From assembly GCA_038883655.1 (NCBI GenBank), contig JAVZLQ010000003.1, positions 160,001-224,000 of the forward strand: DNA of 64,000 nucleotides, given 5' to 3'. Positions 29,896 to 38,480 of this stretch are shown one piece after another (position 1 is the first letter of the stretch; the number at the start of each line of letters is the position of its first letter). The translations under genes and the position numbers were made by a program. Below the pieces are notes generated by a model, which was given only the letters and a program-made list of their open reading frames with translations, was not told the origin of the DNA and made no database searches. This DNA comes from Candidatus Bathyarchaeia archaeon (GTDB taxonomy: Archaea > Thermoproteota > Bathyarchaeia > Bathyarchaeales > Bathycorpusculaceae).

Positions 29896-29923
29896 ATGTT
29901 CATAAAATGTATTAAATGTACAT
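29896..29923. promoter_or_regulatory. Tandem ATGTNCAT operator-like boxes upstream of the RHH regulator
   Basis: ATGTTCAT 29896-903, degenerate ATGTATTA 29907-14, ATGTACAT 29916-23; adjacent to minus-strand TATA-like TTTAAAA near 29888-94. Confidence 0.55.
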
Positions 29924-29946
29924 AAAGAAAGGGGGATGTTGACTTG

Positions 29947-31725
29947 TCAACGTGGCTTTAATGGTGGTACAATAGGGCTGAACGTTGCGCCCTTTCTGGC
30001 TACAAGCGCGTCTGCCACTCTTTTTACGGCCAACATGTAGGCTGCTGTGCGCATGTTCACATTGTACTGTTTTGAGATGTTGAGCACGTCGTAGAAAGCT
30101 TTGGTTATTGTTTCCTTCAGCTTATTCCTAACCTCTTCTTCAGTCCAGTAATAGTTCATTTGGTTTTGCACTTGTTCAAAGTAGCTAACGATTACTCCAC
30201 CGGAGTTGGCGAGAATATCTGGGATTACGAAAACGCCCTTTTTGAACAAAATTTCATCCGCCTCTGGAGTTGTCGGTCCATTAGCTCCTTCTGCAACGAT
30301 TTTAGCTTTTATGTTCGCCGCGTTTTCCTTTGTTATTTGGTTTTCTAATGCCGCTGGAACTAGGATGTCGCATTCCAATTCTAGCAATTGCTCATTTGTT
30401 ATAAATGTACTGCCAGGATAGTCAACTACAGAACCAGTTTTCTCCTTGTGAATCAAAACTTTTTCTGGGTCTAAGCCTTCTGGGTTATAAGCGCCACCTT
30501 TTGAGTCTGAAACTGCAATGATTTTGCATCCGATTTCATGTAGTAGGCGCGCCGCATGATAGCCTACATTCCCATAGCCTTGAACCGCAACTGTTGCACC
30601 TTTGAGGTTTACTCCAAGATGTTTGGCCGCCTCGATGACAGTGTACATCAGCCCCCTTGATGTAGCCTCGCTTCTTCCACGAGAACCGCCCACGTGAATG
30701 GGTTTTCCCGTTACCACACCGAAGACGGGATAGCCAACTATTTCGCTGTACTCGTCCATTATCCACGCCATCATTTCCGTAGTTGTGTACACGTCTGGCG
30801 CTGGCACATCTGTGAAAGGTCCTATGAACTTCGCTATAGCGCGCACATAGCCTCTTGTCAGGCGCTCAAGCTCAGCCTTTGACATCTCTTTTGGATTGCA
30901 CCTAATCCCGCCCTTACCTCCTCCGAGAGGTAAACCCGTTACTGCTGTTTTCCATGTCATCCAAGCGGCTAGGGCTGTAACTTCGTCTAGAGTTAGGTCT
31001 GGATGATATCTTATGCCGCCCTTTGTTGGACCCAAAGCGTCATTGTATTGCACGCGGTATCCGGTGAAAACTTGGATGCTGCCGTCATCCATGACAACTG
31101 GAATGTTAACGATAAGTGTTCGCATTGGACGCTTCAATATTTCGTGTATGCCTGGGTCTAGGTTCAGTTTTTCGGCAGCCACGTCTAGCTGTTTAAGGGC
31201 GGCTTCGTAAGGGTTTGGCGCGACTGCAATGGGCGCTAACGTATCTACTTTGACAAAAACAGCTGTTTGGAGTTTCTCAATTAGGTTCTTGAGGGTTTCC
31301 TTCGCTACTTCGCCGTTGCCTTCACTGTTTCCATAAAACCATAAGTACGTCTCAATAAGCGCATCCTCCTTCTTAGTAAGGAACGCGCCAGCAGGAGCCA
31401 TTTTTGGACTCTCAGAGAAATAGTCAGTGAGAACACGTAACATGTTAAGTTCGTCGCGTGTTAGGGGCAAAAGCTTCTTTATAGGCTCTGGCGCCTTCAC
31501 GTGGACATACTCAGCGTCCATCAGCTTCTTTTGCAATTCTTCAAAGGTTTTTAGAGAATCTTCTATTGGTATGCCGAAGTTTTCAGAGTATGTTGTCAAC
31601 AAGGCATAGTGGGCTGTTGTGTAGCTTTCTATTTTCGCCGTTAACTCCGGTTTCTCGGCGAAGAAGTCCACCATTAGCTTAAGCATTCCTAATTCACGAG
31701 CCGAAAGTTCTACCGAGTTCAACAT
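29947..31725 (-). CDS. gdhA: Glutamate dehydrogenase (Glu/Leu/Phe/Val DH) with a ~170-aa tandem-repeat N-terminal extension
   Basis: GPTKGGIRYHP, MTWK, GGGKGG, DVPAPDV, ATSRG, QGYGNVG, EGANGP, PDILANSGGV; ATG 31725 after GAGGTG RBS. Confidence 0.92.
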   Translation of the reverse strand: MLNSVELSARELGMLKLMVDFFAEKPELTAKIESYTTAHYALLTTYSENFGIPIEDSLKTFEELQKKLMDAEYVHVKAPEPIKKLLPLTRDELNMLRVLTDYFSESPKMAPAGAFLTKKEDALIETYLWFYGNSEGNGEVAKETLKNLIEKLQTAVFVKVDTLAPIAVAPNPYEAALKQLDVAAEKLNLDPGIHEILKRPMRTLIVNIPVVMDDGSIQVFTGYRVQYNDALGPTKGGIRYHPDLTLDEVTALAAWMTWKTAVTGLPLGGGKGGIRCNPKEMSKAELERLTRGYVRAIAKFIGPFTDVPAPDVYTTTEMMAWIMDEYSEIVGYPVFGVVTGKPIHVGGSRGRSEATSRGLMYTVIEAAKHLGVNLKGATVAVQGYGNVGYHAARLLHEIGCKIIAVSDSKGGAYNPEGLDPEKVLIHKEKTGSVVDYPGSTFITNEQLLELECDILVPAALENQITKENAANIKAKIVAEGANGPTTPEADEILFKKGVFVIPDILANSGGVIVSYFEQVQNQMNYYWTEEEVRNKLKETITKAFYDVLNISKQYNVNMRTAAYMLAVKRVADALVARKGATFSPIVPPLKPR

Positions 31726-31757
31726 CTTTTTCACACCTCTGAAGACTAACAAAAGTG

Positions 31758-31805
31758 ATGTTCAACTATAGAAATATTATGTCCATCATGTACATATGTG
31801 TACAA
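31758..31805. promoter_or_regulatory. Tandem ATGTNCAT operator-like boxes in the divergent gdh/kaiC-like promoter
   Basis: ATGTTCAA 31758-65, ATGTCCAT 31779-86, ATGTACAT 31788-95, GTGTACAA 31798-805. Confidence 0.6.
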
Positions 31806-31881
31806 CACGATAAAAAACAAACCAAACCGCAACATAACGTTTTAATAATGCACACAAACTCTTACACACGGTGCACAACCA

Positions 31882-32625
31882 TTGGCAATTAAAAATCAAG
31901 CACTCTATTCAACTGGGATAAAAAGCTTAGATAGACTCCTCGAAGGTGGCTTATTTCTAGGAGAAAATGTTTTATGGGAAGTTGAATCAGGAACCTTCGC
32001 AAGAGAATTTCTTTATTCGTTTATGCGCCAAGGACTATTAGAAGGAAAGCAAGTAATTTACCTAGATTTCATATATCCTCCACAAGCACTTATGATACAA
32101 CTTGAGCCATTAACAAAATCACTTCCAGATGGATGGGAAAAGAAACTTTTAGTATTAGACTGCTTTTCAGAAGCAGCCGGACAAGGCGAACTCATATTCA
32201 GCGACTTTTACGACAAAGCACCACCATGGATTAGAAAAGTTCCAAGCTCCAAAGACCCGGAACGCTTTCACCACTTTTTCGGAAGAATTGAAAGAGAATT
32301 TGTAACTCCGGGAACAAGACTTGTTTTCAATAGTTTGTCGATTATGGAACACAATTGGGGGAGAGACGCCGTCAAGGCATTTTTCGGACATGTTTGCCCC
32401 GCACTATATGCTTATCAAACTCTCGCTTACTGGACAATGGCGAAGAACGCACATCCCAAAGAGTTTTGCGCAATAATCGAGCACATGACGCAAGTAGTTA
32501 TTGACCTTTCAAGACAAGGTGAAAAAAACTTTTTTCAGATAAAAAAAGCTGGCGGAAGATATAATCCGCAAACATATCAGCGGCGAGAGTACACTGTCAA
32601 GGGCTTGCAGATAGACATTTTTTGA
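31882..32625 (+). CDS. KaiC/RAD55-like RecA-fold protein with degenerate Walker A/B
   Basis: STGIKSLDRLLEGGL..GENVL start typical of KaiC-like proteins; Walker A reads EVESGTFAR and Walker B reads RLVFNSLS; C-terminal VIDL...F.IKK.GG. Confidence 0.8.
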   Translation: MAIKNQALYSTGIKSLDRLLEGGLFLGENVLWEVESGTFAREFLYSFMRQGLLEGKQVIYLDFIYPPQALMIQLEPLTKSLPDGWEKKLLVLDCFSEAAGQGELIFSDFYDKAPPWIRKVPSSKDPERFHHFFGRIEREFVTPGTRLVFNSLSIMEHNWGRDAVKAFFGHVCPALYAYQTLAYWTMAKNAHPKEFCAIIEHMTQVVIDLSRQGEKNFFQIKKAGGRYNPQTYQRREYTVKGLQIDIF

Positions 32626-32647
32626 CAGCGTGTGAAAACACGTCTCT

Positions 32648-32665
32648 ATGTACATTCATGTTCAT
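32648..32665. promoter_or_regulatory. Tandem ATGTNCAT operator-like boxes upstream of the glutamate-synthase-like gene
   Basis: ATGTACAT 32648-55 and ATGTTCAT 32658-65 (10-bp period), upstream of TATA-like TTTAAAT near 32690. Confidence 0.6.
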
Positions 32666-32743
32666 TTTTCACTGTTTCTTAGGGTAATGTTTAAATGTTG
32701 ACTAAAATTAACCCCTTCATGCCGAAATTTACAAATGTAAAAG

Positions 32744-34360
32744 GTGAAAGAGATGACTGAACGTGTATTTAGAAACAGTTCTTATCTGAACGGAAAATCA
32801 ACAACCGGAACAACCACACGAGTCAAAGACACAAGCCCAACAAGCGGGATGTGCCCAATATGCATCCGCGACTGTCCAATAATGTGTGAAATTGGACTTT
32901 CAGCCTTCAGAGGAAGAGAAGCCCTATATCCAGAGCCAGTACAATTCGGATACAGCACAGCAGGTGCCCTCAAAGACTTTGGACTGGACTGGTCGCACTT
33001 CAACATACAAGCTGGACTTTTTGAAGCGTTAGGGATAGAGGAAAATCCTGACGTTGCACTGTTTCCAAACGCAAGCACAGAAACCGTTGTTGCTGGCATA
33101 CCCCTAAAAATACCAGTACTATGTGGCGCTTTCGGCTCAACAGACGTTGCAAGACTGAATTGGGAAGGATTAGCCATAGGCACAGCATTATCAGGCGCCA
33201 TAATAATAATCGGAGAAAACGTCTGCGGCATGGACCCAGAAGCACAATTTATAAATGGCAAAGTAACTTACTCGAAAGAATTAAAACGCAGAGTAGACTT
33301 GTTCAGGAAATTCTGGGACGGAAAATACGGAGACATAGCCGTCCAAACAAACGTTGAAGACCAACGTTTGGGAGTTGACGTCTACGCCATCTCAAAACTG
33401 GAAGTCAACATCATAGAGAGAAAGTGGGGACAAGGAGCAAAAGCAATCGGAGGCGAAGTCCGCGTAAGAGACTTGCAAAGGGCGATAATGCTAAAGAAAA
33501 GAGGATACATAGTAATTCCAGACCCAGAGGACCCAACAGTACAACAAGCATTCAAAGAAGGAGTCTTCAAATCCTTTGAAAGGCACAGCCGCGTTGGAAT
33601 ACCGAAAGAAAAGAACGTGATAGAGGATATAGAATGGCTGCGCGAGCAAGGCGCGAAACACGTGACGCTCAAAACTGGCGCTTACAGACCATCAGCCGTG
33701 GCATACACCCTAAAAATAGCCTCAGAAGCAAAAATTGATGCAGTATACTTTGACGGTGCTGGTGGCGGAACTGGAATGAGCCCTGTTCCAATGATGGACG
33801 AGATGAGCATACCAACCGTTTACCTAGAAGCGATAGTTCTAAAGTGTGCACAACTGCTGAAAAAGAAGGGCAGATACGTTCCAGACTTGATTATGGCTGG
33901 AGGTTTCATAAACGAAACGCAAATTTTCAAGGCAATAGCCATGAGTAACTTCGGAGACGGGCCATTCGTTAAGGCTGTTCTAATGGGACGCTCACCGTTA
34001 ACTGCCGTGATGAAGGCAAACTACTTCAAACAGTTGGCTGAAGAGGGCAAATTGCCGAAAGCTTTCGCAGACAGATTTGGCAACACTCCGGACAAATTCT
34101 TCATCGCAGCGCCAGAGCTGAAAGAAAAGTATGGTGAGCGCTTCAAGGAAATTCCATGGGAAGCAGTTGCGCTTTACACTTACTTGACGGATCGCATAGG
34201 CGTAGGCCTAAAACAACTCTTAGCTGGAAACAGAAAATGGAGGCTGGAGTTAATAAACAGAAATGACCTTATGAGTCTATCAGAAATTGCCGCAAAGGTA
34301 ACAGGCATACCGCTACCGCACGAGATTGAAGCAGACGCCATTGAAAGGATATTAGACTAA
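32744..34360 (+). CDS. FMN-binding glutamate synthase family protein (stand-alone FMN domain with N-terminal Cys cluster)
   Basis: CPICIRDCPIMC, AFGST, IGEN, E.KWGQGAK..GG, LKTG, DGAGGGTG.SP, AGG, V.MGR. Confidence 0.85.
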   Translation: MKEMTERVFRNSSYLNGKSTTGTTTRVKDTSPTSGMCPICIRDCPIMCEIGLSAFRGREALYPEPVQFGYSTAGALKDFGLDWSHFNIQAGLFEALGIEENPDVALFPNASTETVVAGIPLKIPVLCGAFGSTDVARLNWEGLAIGTALSGAIIIIGENVCGMDPEAQFINGKVTYSKELKRRVDLFRKFWDGKYGDIAVQTNVEDQRLGVDVYAISKLEVNIIERKWGQGAKAIGGEVRVRDLQRAIMLKKRGYIVIPDPEDPTVQQAFKEGVFKSFERHSRVGIPKEKNVIEDIEWLREQGAKHVTLKTGAYRPSAVAYTLKIASEAKIDAVYFDGAGGGTGMSPVPMMDEMSIPTVYLEAIVLKCAQLLKKKGRYVPDLIMAGGFINETQIFKAIAMSNFGDGPFVKAVLMGRSPLTAVMKANYFKQLAEEGKLPKAFADRFGNTPDKFFIAAPELKEKYGERFKEIPWEAVALYTYLTDRIGVGLKQLLAGNRKWRLELINRNDLMSLSEIAAKVTGIPLPHEIEADAIERILD

Positions 34361-34430
34361 AACTAACAACCCCCATCCTTTTTTGAAACTCCGAACAGAA
34401 CCAAAGTTTTAAAGCCATCAGCAAAGAAAA

Positions 34431-35699
34431 ATGGATGAAGTGGAGAATATGAAAGAACAGCAAACAGCACTTGACGTGGCTCTGGAACAGTTAGAAATAG
34501 CCGCTGAAAAACTGAACCTAGACCCTGGACTACACGAGATGCTGAAACATCCTAAAAGATCGCTAATTGTTTCCATCACAATAAAAATGGATGATGGAAA
34601 CATACGAACATTCAAGGGATGCCGCGTTCAACACTGGGACGCACGCGGACCATTTAAAGGCGGCATACGCTACCACCCGAACGTAACGCTGGAGGAAGTA
34701 ACAGCACTTGCCATGTGGATGACCTGGAAATGCGCAGTCGTAGACATTCCATATGGAGGCGCGAAGGGCGGGATATGTTGTAACCCGAAGGAAATGTCAA
34801 AAACTGAGCTTGAAAGACTTACAAGAAGATACACGAGCTTAATTCTTGACTATATCGGACCCTATCGTGATGTACCAGCGCCAGACGTGTATACAGACGC
34901 ACAAACAATGGCGTGGATAATGGACACATACAGCCAATTTAAAGGTTACAGCGTACCAGAATGCGTCACTGGAAAACCAATAAGCGTAGGTGGTTCTGAG
35001 GGAAGAGAAGAAGCCACTTCAAGGGGGGTCGTAATCTGCGCAAGGGAAGCGGCAAAACGTTTAGGCTTAAGATTCAAGGGCGCAACAGTTGCGGTTCAAG
35101 GCTACGGAAACGTCGGGTGGAACGCAGCGAAAATCGCACATGACATGGGATGCAAAATCATTGCGGTTAGCGATTCCGCTGGAGGAATCTATTGTCCAGA
35201 CGGTTTAAACCCACGCAAAGTTTACGAACATAAGGCAAAAACTGGCTCAGTAATTAACTATCCAAAATGTAAGAACATATCAAACGAGGAACTGCTTGAA
35301 ACAAAATGTGATATCTTAATTCCAGCAGCGCTTGAAAATCAAATAACAAAAGCCAACGCAAACAAGGTAAAAGCAAAAATAATAGTTGAAGGCGCAAATG
35401 GACCCACAACCCCAGACGCAGACAAAATACTTCAAGAAAAAGGAGTCTTCCTAATCCCAGACATATTGGCAAACGCTGGCGGCGTAACAGCAAGCTATTT
35501 CGAGTGGGTTCAAAATCTAACAAGAGAACACTGGACACTAGAAGAAGTGAACAGAAAACTCGAAAACATCATGGTGAAGGCATTCAATGACGTTTACAAC
35601 CTAGTGGAAAAAGAAAAAGAGAGCATGCGCACAGCAGCGTTAATGCTCGGCGTCGGAAGAGTAAGCGATGCGATAAAAACGTTAGGGCTATGGCCATAA
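34431..35699 (+). CDS. gdhA: Glutamate dehydrogenase (canonical length)
   Basis: GPFKGGIRYHP, MTWKC, GGAKGG, DVPAPDV, ATSRG, QGYGNVG, EGANGPTT, NAGGV..SYFEW. Confidence 0.94.
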   Translation: MDEVENMKEQQTALDVALEQLEIAAEKLNLDPGLHEMLKHPKRSLIVSITIKMDDGNIRTFKGCRVQHWDARGPFKGGIRYHPNVTLEEVTALAMWMTWKCAVVDIPYGGAKGGICCNPKEMSKTELERLTRRYTSLILDYIGPYRDVPAPDVYTDAQTMAWIMDTYSQFKGYSVPECVTGKPISVGGSEGREEATSRGVVICAREAAKRLGLRFKGATVAVQGYGNVGWNAAKIAHDMGCKIIAVSDSAGGIYCPDGLNPRKVYEHKAKTGSVINYPKCKNISNEELLETKCDILIPAALENQITKANANKVKAKIIVEGANGPTTPDADKILQEKGVFLIPDILANAGGVTASYFEWVQNLTREHWTLEEVNRKLENIMVKAFNDVYNLVEKEKESMRTAALMLGVGRVSDAIKTLGLWP

Positions 35700-35837
35700 A
35701 AGAAAACTGCTGAACTCGCCTAAACTCAATTATTTCTCCATATAACCTCCACATTTTTAACCTCACAATCTAAATTTTTAAACTACTGCTCTTATATCCT
35801 CTATGCGAATACAGTTCTAGGAAAAGGGAAGGGATAA

Positions 35838-36413
35838 ATGCAAGAAAAATCTTTGCCGAACATTAAAACCTTAGATTTCGAATTTGAAAATCTACCAGTA
35901 AAGGTCATTGCAAACAGGAATTGCCCCGAAATCAAGCTTGTTGGGCTGAATGTTGGACCTTTCGAAGAAGGAAACGTGTATGAAGCCCCGTTTTGGGTTG
36001 CAAAGGAACTGGAAAAGGCGGGAATTGTCCGCTTTCGTGAAGAAGAACTTTTGGATTCAAGAAGGATTTACAAGATTCAGTGGATGGAACGTGTCCAAAC
36101 GCCAAGCCAAATATCGAAGCTTCCAGAGAATTTTTACCCAAAACTGCGCAGGTATTTAGTGGAGCTAAAGAAGGTCTCAGCAAAATCTCCAGAAAAGATG
36201 AGGGAGTACGAAAAAAGTATGCAAGTGGTACGCGACATGATTAATGCGCGTCTAAAAAAGATTGTTGCGCTGGCAACTGCAAATTTTGGACAAACTGAGC
36301 AGATTTTGAAGAACCTCACATTCGAGGAAAGGCTAATTTATGAACGTTTGCGCAAACTTATTCACGGTTGGAAAGCCAAAATACTGGAGCATGAAGAGGG
36401 GCTGGAAGAATGA
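35838..36413 (+). CDS. GINS complex subunit (Gins23/Psf2-type)
   Basis: N-terminal B domain (VGPFEEG...P.WVA..L...G), LP.NFY, RLKKIV.LA, NLT.EE; directly upstream of and overlapping mcm. Confidence 0.85.
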   Translation: MQEKSLPNIKTLDFEFENLPVKVIANRNCPEIKLVGLNVGPFEEGNVYEAPFWVAKELEKAGIVRFREEELLDSRRIYKIQWMERVQTPSQISKLPENFYPKLRRYLVELKKVSAKSPEKMREYEKSMQVVRDMINARLKKIVALATANFGQTEQILKNLTFEERLIYERLRKLIHGWKAKILEHEEGLEE

Positions 36414-38458
36414 CTGGAGAGTTAGAAGTTATAAATCCTCAAGAGCAGTTCCAAGAATTCTTTAAAACAGAAAAGTACAGACAAAAAATTGCGCAGTTGG
36501 CTGTTGCAGGCAAAACATCACTAATAGTAGATTTTGAAGACCTCCTAATCTTCGACAACAAACTTGCAGAAAAACTACTTGAAAAACCAGACGAGTACTT
36601 ACAATATGCTAATAACGCGGCTTATTCGCAACTTGAAAGTGAAGATCCAGAATACGCCGAAAGGCTCGTAAGCAAACGGGAAACATTAACGGTCAGAATC
36701 GCTAAGCTGTTAGAAGCAACGCCGCTAAGAAAACTTGGTTCAGACCACATTGGAAAACTTGTGATGATAGAGGGCATCGTAGTACGCTCAACACCAGTAC
36801 GCCCAATGGTTATACGGGCAGCATTCAAATGCAGAAGATGTGGAGAACTATCATTCGAGGATCAAACAGGACAATTCCTAAAAGCACCATTCAAATGCAG
36901 AAACTCAGAATGCGGAGCAAAGGGTCCATTCGACTTCATTCAAGAAGAATCTGCATTCATAGACTCACAAGAACTACGCGTCCAAGAAAGACCAGAAGAC
37001 CTTCCACCAGGTCAGCTTCCAAGAACCTTGCACATTAAGCTTGTCGGGGCAGAAATAGTTGATGTTGCAAGACCTGGAGACCACGTTTCCATCGTTGGCA
37101 TAGTTCGTGTTGTTGCTCCCTCACTCCCAAGAGTTGGAAAGCTTCGCACTTTCAGACTTCATTTGGATGCAAATTCTATAGAAGTTTTAGGTAAAGAGCC
37201 TGAAACGGCGCTTCCATCACCAGAAGAAGAGGAAAAAATCTTGGAGCTGGCAAAGGATCCATGGATACATAGGAAGATAATAAATTCAATTGCACCTTCA
37301 ATCTATGGTTACGACCACATAAAAGAAGCGATAATGTACCTTCTCTTCGGCGGAGTCCCAAAAAATCTTCCAGACATAACGATAAGGGGCGAAATAAACG
37401 CCCTTCTAATAGGCGACCCAGGAACAGCCAAATCGCAACTGCTACAGTACGTGGCAAGAGTTGCACCTAGAGGATTATATACTTCTGGACGCGGAACAAC
37501 AGCAGCTGGCTTAACAGCAGCAGTAATACGCGAAAAAGGCGGAGGAATGAGTCTTGAGGCTGGTGCTTTGGTTTTGGCTGATAAGGGAATTGCGTGTATT
37601 GACGAGATGGATAAGATGCGTCCAGAAGATAGAGTTGCAATTCACGAGGCAATGGAACAGCACACGGTTTCAGTTGCGAAAGGGGGTATTGTGGCAACGC
37701 TAAACGCTAGAACAGCCATTCTTGCGGCTGCAAACCCCACTTTAGGAAGGTATGTGCCACATCGCACAGTTGCTGAAAACATCTCCTTGCCAGTTACGAT
37801 ACTCTCCAGATTTGATTTAATCTTCATTTTGAGGGATGTGCCAAACAAAGAAATGGACAGCAAAATGTCAGAGCACATCCTAGAAATGCACAGAAAAGGT
37901 TCAAGTCCCACCGAACCACCAATACCATTAGATTTGCTACGCAAATACATAAGCTACGCTAGAGGCATAAAGCCAGTTTTAACTAAAGAAGCATTACAGC
38001 GCCTCAGAGACTTCTATTTAGCAATGCGCTCAACAACAGAATCAGAAAGCTCGCCAGTCGCAATTACAGCCCGCCAACTTGAATCACTTGTGCGTATAGC
38101 AGAGGCAAGAGCCCGAGCAGCATTAAGAAAGGAAGTTCTGGCTGAAGACGCAGAAGCTGCAATTGCGATAATGAAACGTTCGCTTGAAGAGGTTGGCATA
38201 GACGTTTCTTCATTCAAGCTTGACATAGACATAATAATGACTGGAAAACCAAAAAGTGCGAGGGACAAGCTGCAAGTGATAATTTCGAAGCTTATGGAGA
38301 TGGAGAAAGAAACAGGAATCGTTGAAAGGGAAGCGCTTATAGATGAATTGGAAAGTAAATACAAGATTCCGCGAGCTGAAGCAGAACGCCTCATAGGGCA
38401 GTTGTTGCGAGAAGGAACAATATACGAGCCTAGAGAAGGTTATCTAAAGAAAACGTAG
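36410..38458 (+). CDS. mcm: MCM replicative helicase
   Basis: Zn finger CRRC...CRNSEC, GDPGTAKSQ, IDEMDKM, AAANP, SRFD, ITARQLE; 682 aa, no intein. Confidence 0.97.
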   Translation: MTGELEVINPQEQFQEFFKTEKYRQKIAQLAVAGKTSLIVDFEDLLIFDNKLAEKLLEKPDEYLQYANNAAYSQLESEDPEYAERLVSKRETLTVRIAKLLEATPLRKLGSDHIGKLVMIEGIVVRSTPVRPMVIRAAFKCRRCGELSFEDQTGQFLKAPFKCRNSECGAKGPFDFIQEESAFIDSQELRVQERPEDLPPGQLPRTLHIKLVGAEIVDVARPGDHVSIVGIVRVVAPSLPRVGKLRTFRLHLDANSIEVLGKEPETALPSPEEEEKILELAKDPWIHRKIINSIAPSIYGYDHIKEAIMYLLFGGVPKNLPDITIRGEINALLIGDPGTAKSQLLQYVARVAPRGLYTSGRGTTAAGLTAAVIREKGGGMSLEAGALVLADKGIACIDEMDKMRPEDRVAIHEAMEQHTVSVAKGGIVATLNARTAILAAANPTLGRYVPHRTVAENISLPVTILSRFDLIFILRDVPNKEMDSKMSEHILEMHRKGSSPTEPPIPLDLLRKYISYARGIKPVLTKEALQRLRDFYLAMRSTTESESSPVAITARQLESLVRIAEARARAALRKEVLAEDAEAAIAIMKRSLEEVGIDVSSFKLDIDIIMTGKPKSARDKLQVIISKLMEMEKETGIVEREALIDELESKYKIPRAEAERLIGQLLREGTIYEPREGYLKKT

Positions 38459-38480
38459 CTTATAATTGAAAAAGAAGGTG

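Noticed and set aside
29947-35699. Nucleotide similarity between the two gdh genes as an inverted repeat or invertible segment
   Set aside because: Similarity reflects paralogous coding sequence with many synonymous differences; no recombinase nearby
25169-38458. Possible inteins in RFC and MCM (common insertion hosts)
   Set aside because: Protein lengths and motif spacing are canonical, with no insertions
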